From: Oligoflexia bacterium
GTDB lineage: Bacteria; Bdellovibrionota; UBA1018
DNA: 64,000 nt
Assembly (NCBI GenBank): GCA_963758495.1
Contig: CAVWVI010000004.1
Span: 160,001-224,000 of the forward strand
Direction: 5' to 3'
The notes under the pieces were generated by a model. The model was given only the letters and a program-made list of their open reading frames with translations, did not search any database and was not told the origin of the DNA. The position numbers and the translations under genes were made by a program. Position 1 is the stretch's first letter. Each line of letters starts with the position of its first letter. This document shows, piece after piece, positions 38,151 to 50,442 of this stretch.

Positions 38151-39659
38151 CTAGAGTGTTTCCACTTTTCGCAATCGTGCCTCGACGACATCCCACGGCA
38201 AAATAGCTAAAAGCTCAAAAAGTCCTGCACTTACAAGACGCCCTGTAACGGTAAGCCGCATAGGTTGAGCAAGGTCTCCTAATTTAACTCCATGTTGCTC
38301 ACTGATCTGGCGCAATATCCCATCTAAATCTGTAGGAGTCATTCCATGATCCGCTAAGGATGGAGACTCACCCCACACCTCTTCAATGCCATTTCGTAAA
38401 ACCCCTGCTGAATTCCTCACCTTCTCACTCAAAGTCTCCTGCACATGTTTAACAGCAGTTTGAATAGGAGTTTTAAGGCTTGGATCTTTCTCCCATTTTA
38501 ATCCAGTCGTCTCTACTTCCACAACGCCTGGTGTACAAAGGGGAACCAATTGCTCAACAAGCTCTGGTAATAGTTTCACTTTAGGCTGAATTAAACTCAC
38601 CAATTGAGTACCCAGATGCGTCTTGACGCGTTTCAAAGCTTCAGGTGAAAAGTGGTGCGCGTAGTCTTCAATCACAATTCCCAAGAGTCGATCAGGAGAA
38701 GTCTGACGAATATGTGCTCCATTCAACCAAAGAAGCTTTTCCATATTAAATACCGCAGGGCTTTTTTGGACATGATCAAAAGAGAAATAATTTACCATTT
38801 CTGCAATTGAAAAAATCTCCTGATCTCCATGACTCCATCCTAATCGAGCTAGAAAATTCAGAAGGGCTTCTGGAAGATAACCCTCTGCGCGATAGACGTT
38901 AGCGGAAACTGCACCATGGCGCTTAGAAAGTTTCTTTTTATCTGCACCTAAAATCATAGGGAGATGCGCAAATTGGGGCACTGGATAATCAAAAAACCGG
39001 TAAAGATGCATTTGCTTAGGCGTATTATTAATATGATCGTCACCGCGCAAAATATGAGTCATTCGAGAATGCACATCATCTACTACGACAGAAAGATTAT
39101 AGGTAGGTGCACCGTTAGAACGAATTAAAACAAAATCATCAATATCAGGATTTTCGAATCGAATCGTGCCCCGAATTAAATCATGAAACTCAATAGATCC
39201 GTCTAAGGGGATCTTCGCACGAATCACATAGGCAGTACCTTCTGGATGATCTTTTCGATCTCTACAACGACGATCGTACTGTGGCTTTTTCCCCTCTTTT
39301 GTTGCCTTTTCACGCATGATCTCGACTTCTTGCTCGGTACAATAACAACGATAGGCATGTCCTAATGAGATCAGCTCTTCTGCCTTTTCCTTATAAACTT
39401 CCAATCTCTTACTTTGATAAATGGGCTCTTCATCCCAATTCAAACCCAGCCACTTCATTGAAGCCAAAATATCCTTTGTATACTGTTCTTCCGATCTTTC
39501 TAGGTCTGTATCTTCAATTCGAAGCAAGAACTGGCCGTTGTGCTTTTTAGCATAAAGCCAATTAAAAAGAGCGACTCGCACTCCTCCAATATGAAGAAAT
39601 CCAGTAGGTGAAGGTGCGAATCGAACACGAACAGGCTGATGATTTGAAGTATTTGCCAT
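38151..39659 (-). CDS. gltX: Glutamate-tRNA ligase (ORF open to 39686)
   Basis: RFAPSPTGFLHIGG, LRIEDTD, RGDDH and KLSKR. Confidence 0.97.
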   Translation of the reverse strand: MANTSNHQPVRVRFAPSPTGFLHIGGVRVALFNWLYAKKHNGQFLLRIEDTDLERSEEQYTKDILASMKWLGLNWDEEPIYQSKRLEVYKEKAEELISLGHAYRCYCTEQEVEIMREKATKEGKKPQYDRRCRDRKDHPEGTAYVIRAKIPLDGSIEFHDLIRGTIRFENPDIDDFVLIRSNGAPTYNLSVVVDDVHSRMTHILRGDDHINNTPKQMHLYRFFDYPVPQFAHLPMILGADKKKLSKRHGAVSANVYRAEGYLPEALLNFLARLGWSHGDQEIFSIAEMVNYFSFDHVQKSPAVFNMEKLLWLNGAHIRQTSPDRLLGIVIEDYAHHFSPEALKRVKTHLGTQLVSLIQPKVKLLPELVEQLVPLCTPGVVEVETTGLKWEKDPSLKTPIQTAVKHVQETLSEKVRNSAGVLRNGIEEVWGESPSLADHGMTPTDLDGILRQISEQHGVKLGDLAQPMRLTVTGRLVSAGLFELLAILPWDVVEARLRKVETL

Positions 39660-39697
39660 AGGATGCTTATATATCAACAATTGCAACGAACAAGGCT

Positions 39698-40525
39698 TTA
39701 TTGAGAGGAATGGAGATGAGTTTGTATGAATGGAGCTTCTGTGGAAACGGAAAGTGGGTTCTCCATCCGATAAGCATCTAAATACCTCACAATAGAGTGT
39801 CGATCCCGATCTGATAGTTTGAGCTTCACCTTGACCTCAGGGTGCCCTCCTGAGGCAAACTTGACTTCTTGTTGTTTATCTCTCACGCCTAGTAGGGAGG
39901 AACTTTGGCCTGAACTATGGCAGCTAGCACAATTCTGAACAAACAGCTTTTCGCCTCTCATAGCGGATGGATCGGTTCTACGCTTCAGAAATAAAAAACT
40001 GTAGCGATCCCTATAATTGCTCAACTCAATCCTGGCAATTTGCGGGAGGAAGAATTTTTCCAACGGCAGATCTTCTTTAAGAATTTTTGAATTAGAACTC
40101 CATGGTATTATTGAATAAATTGGGCCTCGATGATCTTGGGACTTACCAGCCCAATTGAGCGCAAGGAGAATAGGGTATTTTGAAATCATTGATCTAGGAA
40201 TCAGGGCAGACTCACCCGACGAGTTCTTCAATATGACAAGATCGATTTGAGCCCGTTGCTCACTGGGTAACTCGCTCAATCCCTTTTCGACGATTGTAGA
40301 AAGCAAAATGCCATCCCATTTTACAAGCTTCCCAGAAGAAGGGTCTTTTTCTCGGCTCGCTATCCTTTTAAATTGATTTAACTCGCCTAAAGCCCAATTT
40401 CTAAGCTCAAGACTACGACCTGAAGTAGCCCAGGAAACAGTCAATCGACCTGACTCTGTTGTCCATTGTCCGGCCTGAGCAAATTGTGAAAAAATAGCAA
40501 TAAAACCAAATACTATACACTTCAT
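39698..40525 (-). CDS. Secreted c-type cytochrome fused to an N-terminal oxidoreductase-like domain
   Basis: Signal peptide, WDGILLS..GPIYSIIP-type N-domain and GEKLFVQNCASCH heme motif. Confidence 0.75.
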   Translation of the reverse strand: MKCIVFGFIAIFSQFAQAGQWTTESGRLTVSWATSGRSLELRNWALGELNQFKRIASREKDPSSGKLVKWDGILLSTIVEKGLSELPSEQRAQIDLVILKNSSGESALIPRSMISKYPILLALNWAGKSQDHRGPIYSIIPWSSNSKILKEDLPLEKFFLPQIARIELSNYRDRYSFLFLKRRTDPSAMRGEKLFVQNCASCHSSGQSSSLLGVRDKQQEVKFASGGHPEVKVKLKLSDRDRHSIVRYLDAYRMENPLSVSTEAPFIQTHLHSSQ

Positions 40526-40710
40526 ACTCTACCTATAATTATTTAATTTTCTTGTTCGGCTTAGCATCTCTCTGTAAAGCATTCATAGAAATAAGGAACT
40601 ACTTACGAAATAATAGCCTATTTACCTTCATTGTATCTAGTTATACCCGACCCCTAGAAAAGTATATTGGCTTCAAAAACTATTTATGCTAACAATTGTC
40701 CAGTTTTTAA

Positions 40711-40754
40711 GGTCACACAAAGGGTGGGCCATGAGCTCGCTCTTTTTTTTGACC
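40711..40754 (+). promoter_or_regulatory. rimP-leader-like attenuator hairpin
   Basis: AGGGTGGGC/GCTCGCTCT stem followed by T8 about 60 nt upstream of rimP, where such leaders are known. Confidence 0.55.
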
Positions 40755-40811
40755 AGAAAGTGACTTTGAGTCTGATTTACAATTATATAAAGAATTTCAG
40801 GGATTTACTAA

Positions 40812-41471
40812 ATGGGTAACCCAACATCTGATTTGATTTCTACAGGACGGGCGGACGATCAACTTATTCAGTTGATTTCCAAGTGGATCTTCCCATTAGG
40901 TTATCAAGTCATTCATCTAGAGATTCAGTCTCACCGACAAAAAACTTTACGGGTCTATATTGATTTTTTAGAATTTAACGAAGAAAAGACCATTGGAATT
41001 GAAGATTGTGTTAAAGTCTCTCGAGCGATCGATGAACTTCTTGACCAGAGCCCTGAAGTTGGGACTGTACTGTCAGACGCATATGAACTAGAAGTTTCCT
41101 CACCGGGAGTCGATCGGCCCTTGCGTACAATGGGCGATTTTCAAAGGTTTGCGGGACGAGAGGTCCGCATTCATGTTTACCGTGCTCTAACAAGCGAAGA
41201 GCTTGATAATGCAGTGTATCATGAGAAGAACTCCAAGCAAAAGAATTTCATCGGCACTTTAATGGGTGCTGACGAGAACAAAGTTGTCCTGGCAATTTCT
41301 TCGAAAGATAAGAAATCCCAAGCGGCGGGGAAGAAGAGTGCGGCAAAGAAAAAAGCCAATCTCAAGACAAACAGCGTGGAAGGAATAGAAATCAGGATTC
41401 CCCTTCCCCTCATATCAAAAGCAAACCTCGAACCTGAGTTTAATTTCGAGGGAAGCGACGAAAGAGAGTAA
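40812..41471 (+). CDS. rimP: Ribosome maturation factor RimP
   Basis: LRVYID, EDCVKVSR and YELEVSSPGVDRPL; precedes nusA. Confidence 0.95.
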   Translation: MGNPTSDLISTGRADDQLIQLISKWIFPLGYQVIHLEIQSHRQKTLRVYIDFLEFNEEKTIGIEDCVKVSRAIDELLDQSPEVGTVLSDAYELEVSSPGVDRPLRTMGDFQRFAGREVRIHVYRALTSEELDNAVYHEKNSKQKNFIGTLMGADENKVVLAISSKDKKSQAAGKKSAAKKKANLKTNSVEGIEIRIPLPLISKANLEPEFNFEGSDERE

Positions 41472-41480
41472 GAGAAGTTT

Positions 41481-42905
41481 ATGAACCCATCTGAATTAAG
41501 CAGGGTAATTGAAGCAGTTGGCAAAGATCGTGGAATAAAAAAAGAAATCATCATCAGCGCGCTCGAACAGGCTGTTCTCATGGCTGCGCAGAAGAAGTAT
41601 GGTGCTCATGCGGTTCTTGAAGCACATTACAACAATGAATCGGGGGAGATAGATCTTTTTCATTTTAAAAAAGTAGTCCAGAGTGAACCCGAAATGCTGG
41701 ATGATTCAGAAGAAATCGAACTTGAGGAAGCTCGTAAACTGGATTCAGAAGCAGTCGTAGGTGATGAGCTTGGAATTAAAGTTGAAGGAGCTGGTTTCGG
41801 ACGAATTGATGCTCAAACTGCAAAGCAAGTTATTTTCCAAAAAGTTCGCGATGCCGAACGTGAGATTATCTACAATGAATATGTTCATCGTAAAGGAGAA
41901 ATCATCACAGGTATTGCTCGAAGAATTGAAAGAGGCAATCTAGTCATCGACTTAGGAAAGACGGACGCTCTCTTGCCTCGCTCTGAGATTATTCCAAGTG
42001 AACAATTTAAACCCGGAGACCGAGTTCAGGCCTATCTTTCAGAAGTAGCATTGACGCCTCGGGGTCCACAGCTTTACTTAACACGAACTTCACCTAAATA
42101 TCTGATGAAGTTATTTGAAGTTGAAGTACCCGAAATCCGAGAAGGAATCGTCGAGATCAAACTTTGCGCTCGTGAACCTGGCGCCCGATCCAAGATTTCT
42201 GTCACTTCCAAAGATAGAGACGTAGATCCTGTTGGTGCTTGTGTAGGAATGAAAGGCATTCGAGTTCAAAATGTCATTCAGGAGCTAAAAGGTGAAAAGA
42301 TAGACATTATACCTTGGTCAGATAATCCAGTTATTTTTGTAAGATCGGCACTCGCTCCAGCTGAAATCTCCTCAGTACGAATGGATGAAAGAAATCGAAC
42401 CATGGAAATCATGGTGGAAGACGATCAGCTTTCATTGGCTATCGGAAGAAAAGGACAAAACGTACGTTTGGCTGCACAGCTAACAGGCTGGAGGCTGGAT
42501 ATTATTTCGAAAACAAAACTTCAAAAACGTACGGCTGAAGCTACCTTCAATTTACAACATATTGAAGGCGTCAATGAAACGATCGCTCAAGGTATTTACC
42601 AAGCAGGTTATTTAAATGTTCGACAGGTAGCAGAAGCCTCGATTGAGAATCTTCAAAAGATTCCTAGTTACGACTCTGCTGAAGCTGCTGCTAGCCTAAA
42701 AGAACGTGCAGCTGCTGTAGTTGAAAAAGCGGGCGACATGCTTTCTGTAGGCACTCCAAAAGATGATGGTAAAGGAACATTTACCGCTCAGCCTGTGGCA
42801 CTTAAGGATGCAAAAACTCTTGCAGAGGAACGCCTACGTGAGATGATGCGTCAAGCTGGATCAACTCCAGAAAACGCAAACGACAACAAGGGAAAGTCGG
42901 AATAG
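41481..42905 (+). CDS. nusA: Transcription factor NusA
   Basis: [30 protein letters not shown] and [12 protein letters not shown]. Confidence 0.97.
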   Translation: MNPSELSRVIEAVGKDRGIKKEIIISALEQAVLMAAQKKYGAHAVLEAHYNNESGEIDLFHFKKVVQSEPEMLDDSEEIELEEARKLDSEAVVGDELGIKVEGAGFGRIDAQTAKQVIFQKVRDAEREIIYNEYVHRKGEIITGIARRIERGNLVIDLGKTDALLPRSEIIPSEQFKPGDRVQAYLSEVALTPRGPQLYLTRTSPKYLMKLFEVEVPEIREGIVEIKLCAREPGARSKISVTSKDRDVDPVGACVGMKGIRVQNVIQELKGEKIDIIPWSDNPVIFVRSALAPAEISSVRMDERNRTMEIMVEDDQLSLAIGRKGQNVRLAAQLTGWRLDIISKTKLQKRTAEATFNLQHIEGVNETIAQGIYQAGYLNVRQVAEASIENLQKIPSYDSAEAAASLKERAAAVVEKAGDMLSVGTPKDDGKGTFTAQPVALKDAKTLAEERLREMMRQAGSTPENANDNKGKSE

Positions 42906-42945
42906 TCGGATGCCAAATTTTGGATGGATCGAGGGAGACAATCAA

Positions 42946-45816
42946 ATGTCTGAGCAGGAAATGGTAAAAGTTTACGAACTCGCAAAGGAACTTGGAATTG
43001 ACTCCATTTCTTTGCTGGATAAGCTTAAAAGCTTAAATATTAATGTAAAGAATCACATGAGCGAACTACGCAATGAGGAAGTTCAAATTGCGCGCAGTTC
43101 TCTTCGAAAAGGTTTGGATTCTTCTGATAAGTCTGCAAAAAGGGTTTCTACAAAAACCCGGAAAAAGGCGGGAGAAACCACAAGCACCTTACCTCACCCC
43201 ACTGTTGATACATCATCATCGGGAGAAAAGAGGTCTTCTTCACCTATTATTAGACGTCGAAATAAGTCTGAGAGTGGTGCGGAGTTCGTACCTCCTTCTT
43301 CTGCCTCGCCTGTATTGAAGCATACCCATCAGGCAACAGAAGCGGTGCACACACCTGTCACTGCAGAAGCTGATACAGAACATTTAAAAGTGCAGCAAAC
43401 TGAAGTTACAACTGAAATTGAAGAACAAGAGCAGACATTAACTTCTTCGCAAGCTCAGGAAGAACAGAGCGCAAGCGAGCCTATTCTAGAAACTGAAACT
43501 ATTTCAACAGAAGCCGCTTCTGCAACGATAGCTACTTCTGTGATTGAAACTCCAACAACACAAACGACTGAAACTGGGCCTATCCAAGGAACACATGTGA
43601 CTCCTTCATCTCTTTCCACTGGTACTCCAACAACACCAGAGACAACTCCTCCAGCAGCTCCAAAGCCAACTCGACCTCCTGTTGTTTTAACTCCACGCCC
43701 AGTTGCTCCGCGGCGTAGTATTCTTAAAATCGTTGAACCTACTGCCCCTCCGCCTAGGCCTATGATTAAGCCAGCGCCAGTCGCAGTTACAACGCCTGCT
43801 AAACCTGCTGTAAAAGGAACAACAACTACCCAAGATAAAGATGGTTTCCGAATCATTAAGATGACCAAGGAAAATCTAGATCAAATGGTAGAAGAAGAAG
43901 CCGCTAAAAAACGAGGTGGTGGAAGAGAAGCAGAAATTCGTCCGGAAGACGTTCGCTTTGCAGACTATAGAAAAAAAGAGCTCGTATTTTTACCTAAGAA
44001 GAAAAAGCTTCCTTTAGGAAAAGAAATTAAGAAGACTCAAAAAACTGTAGCAAAGGCACAAAAGCGGATAGTCACTCTTAAGGATGCTATTTCAGTTCAA
44101 GACCTTGCCAATCAGCTCGGCGCAAAAGTACCTGAAGTCATTCGTAAGTTAATGGCATTAGGACATATGGCTTCAATCCATCAGTCCTTGGACTTAGATA
44201 CAGCCACTCTGATTGCAAATGAGTATCAGTACGAGATCAGAAACGTTGCATTCAATGAAGGTGCTTTAATTAATAATTCTGATGATCAGCCAGAACAACT
44301 CAAGTCACGTCCTCCTGTAGTCACTATTATGGGACACGTTGACCATGGAAAAACGACTCTTCTAGACTCTCTACGTGAAGCAAACGTAGCGGCAGGGGAA
44401 GCCGGTGGTATCACTCAGCACATTGGTGCCTATACTGTAGAAAAAAATGGCAAGCTCATTACCTTCATTGATACACCTGGACACGAAGCGTTCACCGTGA
44501 TGCGTGCTCGAGGTGCAAACGTAACGGATATTGTTATCCTTGTCGTTTCTGCTGACGATGGAGTCATGCCTCAAACACGTGAAGCACTCAGTCATGCTCA
44601 AGCAGCCAAGGTCCCCATTATCGTAGCCGTCAATAAAATTGATAAGCCTGGAGCCAATCCAGAGAAGATCAAACAATCTTTAGCTGAACTGAACTTGTTA
44701 GCCGAAGATTGGGGTGGAGACACCATCTTCGTACCTGTGTCTGCTTTGAAGAAAACCAATCTAGATAAACTTCTAGATGCAATTTTACTCCAAGCTGAAC
44801 TCTTAGATGTTAAAGCAAATCCAGATGCACGCGCCGTGGGAACTATCCTTGAAGCCCGATTAGAAAAGGGAAGAGGTCCTGTCGTGAGCGTTCTGATTAA
44901 TCGAGGCACACTCCGAGTTGGAGACCCTATTGTTTCTGGATCTTACTCTGGAAAAGTGAAAGCAATGACAGACGATAAAGGGCGCACAGTTAAAACAACT
45001 ACGCCAGGTATTGCTGTTGAGGTGTTAGGATTTGAAGGCTTACCTAATGCAGGTGAAACTTTCCATGTGACTGAGAAAGAATCAGACGCGAGAGATATTG
45101 CCGAAAATCGCACCGATAAAAATAGAGCGAAGATTGCTGGAGCACAGGGAAAACTCAGCCTAGATGAGCTTTTCTCGAAGATTCAATCAGGCGATGTAAA
45201 AGAGTTGAATGTCATTCTAAAAGCAGACGCTTTTGGATCAGTAGAAGCAATTCGGGATAGCTTAGTTAAACTTTCAACCGATAAAGTCAAGGTTAAGCCG
45301 ATTCTTGCTTCTCCAGGTGGAATTACTGAAAGCGACGTTCTATTAGCCAGTGCATCGAATGCAATTATTATTGGATTCAATGTTCGCCCAGAGACAAAAG
45401 CACGTCAGCTTGCAGAAGCTGAGCACGTCGAAGTCAAATGCTATGCCATCATTTATGAATTATTGGATGATGTAAAGAAGGCCATGACTGGATTACTCGA
45501 TAAGAAAAAGGTCGAGAAATTCTTGGGTCGCGCAGAAGTTCGACAGACCTTCACTGTACCTAAAATCGGTACGATTGCTGGTTCTGCTGTGATTGATGGT
45601 AAGATTATCCGAGGTGCTAATGTACGGCTCTTGCGGGATAGTCGCATAGTCTTTGAAGGAAAAATGTCGTCACTCAGACGCTTTAAAGATGATGCAAAAG
45701 AAGTTGCTACCGGATTTGAATGCGGAATCGGAATTGAAAACTATAACGACCTTAAACAGGGCGATATTATTGAAGCCTATCAAATTGAAATGGTTTCTCC
45801 AGAACTGCATCATTAG
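42946..45816 (+). CDS. infB: Translation initiation factor IF-2 (ORF open from 42910)
   Basis: [30 protein letters not shown] and NKID. Confidence 0.97.
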   Translation: MSEQEMVKVYELAKELGIDSISLLDKLKSLNINVKNHMSELRNEEVQIARSSLRKGLDSSDKSAKRVSTKTRKKAGETTSTLPHPTVDTSSSGEKRSSSPIIRRRNKSESGAEFVPPSSASPVLKHTHQATEAVHTPVTAEADTEHLKVQQTEVTTEIEEQEQTLTSSQAQEEQSASEPILETETISTEAASATIATSVIETPTTQTTETGPIQGTHVTPSSLSTGTPTTPETTPPAAPKPTRPPVVLTPRPVAPRRSILKIVEPTAPPPRPMIKPAPVAVTTPAKPAVKGTTTTQDKDGFRIIKMTKENLDQMVEEEAAKKRGGGREAEIRPEDVRFADYRKKELVFLPKKKKLPLGKEIKKTQKTVAKAQKRIVTLKDAISVQDLANQLGAKVPEVIRKLMALGHMASIHQSLDLDTATLIANEYQYEIRNVAFNEGALINNSDDQPEQLKSRPPVVTIMGHVDHGKTTLLDSLREANVAAGEAGGITQHIGAYTVEKNGKLITFIDTPGHEAFTVMRARGANVTDIVILVVSADDGVMPQTREALSHAQAAKVPIIVAVNKIDKPGANPEKIKQSLAELNLLAEDWGGDTIFVPVSALKKTNLDKLLDAILLQAELLDVKANPDARAVGTILEARLEKGRGPVVSVLINRGTLRVGDPIVSGSYSGKVKAMTDDKGRTVKTTTPGIAVEVLGFEGLPNAGETFHVTEKESDARDIAENRTDKNRAKIAGAQGKLSLDELFSKIQSGDVKELNVILKADAFGSVEAIRDSLVKLSTDKVKVKPILASPGGITESDVLLASASNAIIIGFNVRPETKARQLAEAEHVEVKCYAIIYELLDDVKKAMTGLLDKKKVEKFLGRAEVRQTFTVPKIGTIAGSAVIDGKIIRGANVRLLRDSRIVFEGKMSSLRRFKDDAKEVATGFECGIGIENYNDLKQGDIIEAYQIEMVSPELHH

Positions 45817-45879
45817 TTCTGACAGAACTACCGGCTTTGAGCAAATCAGTGAGCACGTGTTAGCGTGAGGTATTAGTTT

Positions 45880-46275
45880 ATGCAAAAAACTCGAAGAATG
45901 AGGCTGCAAGCCGTTATCCAAGAGGAACTTTCAAGTATTGTCCCACGAGAGATCAAAGATCCTCGAGTTCCCTCGGTAACGTTTACAGCAGTTGAAGTCA
46001 CTCAAGACGGCAGCCAAGCTACTGTCTTTGTAGCCATCTTGGGCGGTGCTCAGGGTGGTCATGATGGTGCTCCGCCTTTGTCAGAAAAGGGCGCAAAGCT
46101 GAGAATGAAGGACTGTCTTGATGGTTTGACTTCAGCTTCCGGTTACCTCCGAAGACATCTTGCGCGCATACTCAGTGTACGACATATTCCAACATTGATT
46201 TTTCGTGAAGATGATGGCTTTGAAAATGCCATTCGCGTTCAAGAACTCTTAAGTAAGATTTCTCATACAGAATGA
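45880..46275 (+). CDS. rbfA: Ribosome-binding factor A
   Basis: IKDPRV..VTFTAVEVTQD and RHIPTLIF; synteny. Confidence 0.93.
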   Translation: MQKTRRMRLQAVIQEELSSIVPREIKDPRVPSVTFTAVEVTQDGSQATVFVAILGGAQGGHDGAPPLSEKGAKLRMKDCLDGLTSASGYLRRHLARILSVRHIPTLIFREDDGFENAIRVQELLSKISHTE

Positions 46276-47228
46276 GTATCAACGGCGCTCTTTTAATTAA
46301 TAAACACGCAGGTGTCAGTTCCTTTGGCGTGATTGAGATCCTGCAACGCCAACTCGTGGAGAAGCAAGGCATTAAGCGACAGCAGCTTCCAAAATTAGGC
46401 CATGGGGGTACCCTCGATCCTTTTGCGACAGGTACTTTAATTGTTCTCGTAGGACATGCTGTCAAATTGGCCCGTTACTTTCTTGGAGCGACAAAATCTT
46501 ACGAAGGGGTCATCCTTTTTGGAGAAACAACCATTCCGGGTGATCCCACGGAGGCTATTTCTGAAACCTGTGAACACTTACCGACATCGATTGACGAACT
46601 GAATGATTTAGCTCATCGACTCACTCTTCAACCCTATTTACAAACCCCTCCCATGCATTCAGCAAAGAAAAAAAATGGGAAACCTCTGTATGAATTGGCT
46701 CGGGCTGGAATTGACATTGAGAGAGAAGCTAAAGAATGCCAACTGTATGATTTTTCCTTTAGTCAATACCACGCGCCAGAAGCTCACTTTAAACTCAAAT
46801 GCAGCTCGGGAACTTACGTTCGCACACTTGCTCAAGACTTTGCTAAACTCCTAAACACTGTTGCATTAGTTAAAACGCTTCATCGAACTTCATCAGGCAT
46901 CTTTGAAATCGCTCAGGCGTGGAGCGCTCAAAAAATTTCGGAAGCGACTCAAGCAGGTACGGCTTGGGATCAACTTCCATGCTGGGTTCCTTTTGATCGG
47001 CTTTTGAATGGCTACGATCGTGCCGAAGCAACGACTGAAGAACGAGAAGCCCTGATTCAAGGTAAGCAAAATGTGCTTTTGAATATTTTACGACGTACTC
47101 AATCCCCCACCCATAAATCTTCTGAACGAGATGACTGTATTACAATTTACACTCAGGATTCCCTGGTTGCGATTGCTCGTAAAACAGCGGAAGTTTGGCA
47201 TATTGAAAGAGTCTTCGTTCGCTCCTGA
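46272..47228 (+). CDS. truB: tRNA pseudouridine(55) synthase
   Basis: GHGGTLDPFATG, QTPPMHSA, GKPLYELAR and CSSGTYVRTL. Confidence 0.96.
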   Translation: MSINGALLINKHAGVSSFGVIEILQRQLVEKQGIKRQQLPKLGHGGTLDPFATGTLIVLVGHAVKLARYFLGATKSYEGVILFGETTIPGDPTEAISETCEHLPTSIDELNDLAHRLTLQPYLQTPPMHSAKKKNGKPLYELARAGIDIEREAKECQLYDFSFSQYHAPEAHFKLKCSSGTYVRTLAQDFAKLLNTVALVKTLHRTSSGIFEIAQAWSAQKISEATQAGTAWDQLPCWVPFDRLLNGYDRAEATTEEREALIQGKQNVLLNILRRTQSPTHKSSERDDCITIYTQDSLVAIARKTAEVWHIERVFVRS

Positions 47229-47248
47229 TTGATTGTAAGCACTGTAAG

Positions 47249-47272
47249 GAGTCCTAAAGGAACTGCTTACCA
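47249..47272 (-). repeat. Dispersed intergenic repeat copy (rc TGGTAAGCAGTTCCTTTAGGACTC)
   Basis: Between convergent genes; matches the repeat family. Confidence 0.7.
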
Positions 47273-47273
47273 T

Positions 47274-49148
47274 CTAGTTCCGAACCTTGAGCGGAGCCAT
47301 CTTCAGCATATCGCGAGCTTGCCATTGCAAGCTTACCGTATCGCCGTAATTTCCTGCTAATCTCTGTTCCACTTCCCAGAGATCAATATCAGAGGGGGAT
47401 TTTGAATCAATTTGGGTGATGATCATCCCAGGTTTTAATCCGGCTTCAATCAAGTTCTGAGCACGAGACTGAGCTTGAATCGATTTTACCTTGAGAACAC
47501 GATCTCCTCTCACCATAACGTAGACTAAACTCAGCCCGGAATGATTGTGCCTAGGAGGTCCCTTTGCTAGCATATCTTTTGAAAACCACAATCTTCCATG
47601 AGGCAAATCAAAGGTAAATTTCCCTCGAGAGAGCAGCGGCATCCCGACACTCACCGCGGGAATCTGGGAAGCAAGAGGACCTTCTGCTTGAACGCCTGCA
47701 GGAGGTTTTGGAAAACTGGCTACCACATCATGAGCAAAATCAAACGTATCGCAGCCAATTTTCCATAAGTTGGGTTTCACTTGCTCTGCAGCACTCCTCC
47801 AGGGAGTGTGAATACTCAGGGCGTCTTCATTTCCAGTGTCCCATCGTACCCCCGCCAAACGAGATACTGAAAACTTTTTCGAAACTTCACTCGGAGTAGT
47901 CATACAAGAGCTGACCAAATCACCTGGGTGAGCTTCTGTCACTTCAACCCATGGGTTATCTGGACCCCAGTGAAAGTTTTGACGTGGCCAAACTCTCACT
48001 TCAGCAGGAGCCTCAGATTGAAATTCCATCGGAAATAGTCTCAGAAAATCTGTACCTAAAACACCATCACAACAGGAACCCGCATTCTCTGGAGCATTAA
48101 AAAGTGGGGTACTTAAAAGTAAAAATTGATTCATAGGAATCACAAGACCGCCCAATTCCACTCGATCCACAATCGCTCGACGCGCTAAACCCTTTTCACC
48201 ACTCCATAGCCCGCTCCACATCACTCGCTCCAGAGGGGCTCCCGGCATTTCAATCCAAGCTGGATAGATTCCTTGACTTTCTAACCACGAAGGAGAGATC
48301 ACACTCACTCCTGCTCCCGTATCAATCAGAAAACGGCCATTTAAATTCCGACCCGCAATATTGAGAGTGAGTCGAATCGAGAACAACCCATTCCACAACC
48401 GGGCTGGCGCACGAGCTAAAACTTGGGTAATGGAAGGCGGCTCGCCTGTGATGGGCTCCATCATAGATCTCCAGGTGGGAGGTACGGGAAGACGGAGAGA
48501 ATTTAAATCTTGAGCCTTTTTAGTCTGCTGACAAAGCCCCTGAGAAGCTGCTTCTTCCTGGTAATATTTCCACTCTGCTGATCTCACTTTCAAATGACAT
48601 TGAGCTCTCCATTTGACCTCAACTGATTCGAGCCAATTTTTAAATACAAGACGTGCTTCATCTTCAGCAGATTTCTCAACATTACCTTTGACTCGGCTCA
48701 AACGAAAGCTGAGTTCATCTAACGAATTCTTAAGAGTCTCAGACCAAAGCTCCGCAGCAATTGCCATCGCCCGTTTTGCACCCTCAGGAGTTTCAAATTC
48801 TACTTGAGGTTCCTGATGACATGGAAATTCGGAAATTGGCCGATACCAAGGTCCAGGACCTCGAATATAACCCTGAGCATTCGATAGGATTCCTGATGCT
48901 TTTGCCCCATACTTGCCATCCGAGCGAAGGAATGGCTTCAGTCCTGAAGGTTTGACTTGGCGACTGACTATCCAGCGCTGAAGATGCGGATTGGATTGTT
49001 GAGGGTCAAGAGTCCAAATTTTCTCTGTCGTTAAAGAGTCATTTTCAAATCGATAATCTGTTTGAATTTGAAGATCAGAAATCGAAGAACCAGCAAGAGC
49101 ATGCGGTAAAAAATTCAGGCATAATGCAAGCCATAAAAATCTCATCAT
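47274..49148 (-). CDS. Secreted retropepsin-like aspartyl protease with C-terminal PDZ domain (ORF open to 49184)
   Basis: Signal peptide, FLIDTGAG, DGVLGTDFL, second WDTG and PDZ-like AGLKPGMIITQID. Confidence 0.8.
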   Translation of the reverse strand: MMRFLWLALCLNFLPHALAGSSISDLQIQTDYRFENDSLTTEKIWTLDPQQSNPHLQRWIVSRQVKPSGLKPFLRSDGKYGAKASGILSNAQGYIRGPGPWYRPISEFPCHQEPQVEFETPEGAKRAMAIAAELWSETLKNSLDELSFRLSRVKGNVEKSAEDEARLVFKNWLESVEVKWRAQCHLKVRSAEWKYYQEEAASQGLCQQTKKAQDLNSLRLPVPPTWRSMMEPITGEPPSITQVLARAPARLWNGLFSIRLTLNIAGRNLNGRFLIDTGAGVSVISPSWLESQGIYPAWIEMPGAPLERVMWSGLWSGEKGLARRAIVDRVELGGLVIPMNQFLLLSTPLFNAPENAGSCCDGVLGTDFLRLFPMEFQSEAPAEVRVWPRQNFHWGPDNPWVEVTEAHPGDLVSSCMTTPSEVSKKFSVSRLAGVRWDTGNEDALSIHTPWRSAAEQVKPNLWKIGCDTFDFAHDVVASFPKPPAGVQAEGPLASQIPAVSVGMPLLSRGKFTFDLPHGRLWFSKDMLAKGPPRHNHSGLSLVYVMVRGDRVLKVKSIQAQSRAQNLIEAGLKPGMIITQIDSKSPSDIDLWEVEQRLAGNYGDTVSLQWQARDMLKMAPLKVRN

Positions 49149-50425
49149 AAAAGATATTTTTCCAAACCTAGTTTTTTTGCCCATCCTTTTTCAATTCTTA
49201 AACGATAGAAAGTCCCCTTTTCCATATGACGTTTGACTTCGATATTTCCATAAACATAAAGCTGAGACTCTAATTTACTTTCACTATAAGGTAGCAATAT
49301 TTCCATGGGTTCGAGTTTACTATGAAAATGCTCTAAAATAAGATCTCTCAACTTTCGAACGTCATGAGAGTCAAAAGCAGAAACTGCCAAAGCGCCAGGA
49401 GCCAATAATTTAGAGAGATTTCTAGAAGGACCTTTTTCTACCTGATCTGATTTATTTAAAACCGTGATTCGTGGCTTATCACCTACGCCCAGCTCTTCAA
49501 GTACGGATTCTGTAACCTCGAGCTGTTCACGTGCTTGCGCGTGACTGGCATCTACCACATGAACTAAAAGATCAGCTTGCTCTAACTCTTCCAGGGTAGA
49601 CCGAAATGAGGCCACCAAAGAGTGCGGCAACTGACTGATAAATCCGACTGTATCAATAGCCACAATAGGGGGATGACTATTAGGATCCAGCATTCGAACA
49701 CTTGAATCTAAAGTTGCAAAGAGCTTATCTTCTGCACGAACGGAGCTATGAGTCAAAGCATTGAGTAAAGTGGACTTACCCGCATTTGTATAACCTACCA
49801 ACGCCACCTTAAGAATATCTTTTCGACCTGCCCTCTGAACTGTTCTCTCGCGCTCAATGGCAGCAAGACGTTGACGTAGAATTGCAATCCTATCTTTAAC
49901 TAATCGACGATCCACTTCAATTTGCTTTTCACCCATACCCCGACTCGCAGTACCGCCCCCCCTCTGTCGCTCAAAATGGGTCCAAAAGTGAGTCAAACGG
50001 GGAAGTAAATACTGAAGTCGTGCGAGAGCAACCTGAGTTTTAGATTCTTTAGTCCGTGCGTGCCGGGAAAATATTTCAATAATCACCCCTGGACGGTCCA
50101 GAATGGGAAGGTTCAATTCTTTTTCTAAATTTCTTAACTGGTTAGGCGAAAGTTCTACATCCAAGATGACCGCCTGAGCTTGAGATTCCTCTATAGCTCT
50201 CTTCACTTCATCAATTTTTCCTTTTCCAATAAAGGTAGCTGGATTGACTTTTTTTGAGACCACATGGACCCGAACGACCGGCACCACCCCTAAAGTAGTT
50301 AGCAATCGAAAAAGCTCGTCTAATGAGTCGTCATTAAATCCGACACATACAATACGAGGTTCTTTATTTTCAGATAAAAAAGGTAAAAGCGACTCTGTAC
50401 TCTCTATCATTCCTGGCAACTCCAA
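49145..50425 (-). CDS. hflX: Ribosome-associated GTPase HflX
   Basis: GYTNAGKSTL, DKLFATLD, DTVGFI, FRSTLEE and NKSD. Confidence 0.95.
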   Translation of the reverse strand: MELPGMIESTESLLPFLSENKEPRIVCVGFNDDSLDELFRLLTTLGVVPVVRVHVVSKKVNPATFIGKGKIDEVKRAIEESQAQAVILDVELSPNQLRNLEKELNLPILDRPGVIIEIFSRHARTKESKTQVALARLQYLLPRLTHFWTHFERQRGGGTASRGMGEKQIEVDRRLVKDRIAILRQRLAAIERERTVQRAGRKDILKVALVGYTNAGKSTLLNALTHSSVRAEDKLFATLDSSVRMLDPNSHPPIVAIDTVGFISQLPHSLVASFRSTLEELEQADLLVHVVDASHAQAREQLEVTESVLEELGVGDKPRITVLNKSDQVEKGPSRNLSKLLAPGALAVSAFDSHDVRKLRDLILEHFHSKLEPMEILLPYSESKLESQLYVYGNIEVKRHMEKGTFYRLRIEKGWAKKLGLEKYLL

Positions 50426-50442
50426 TAGATACTATCTTTATT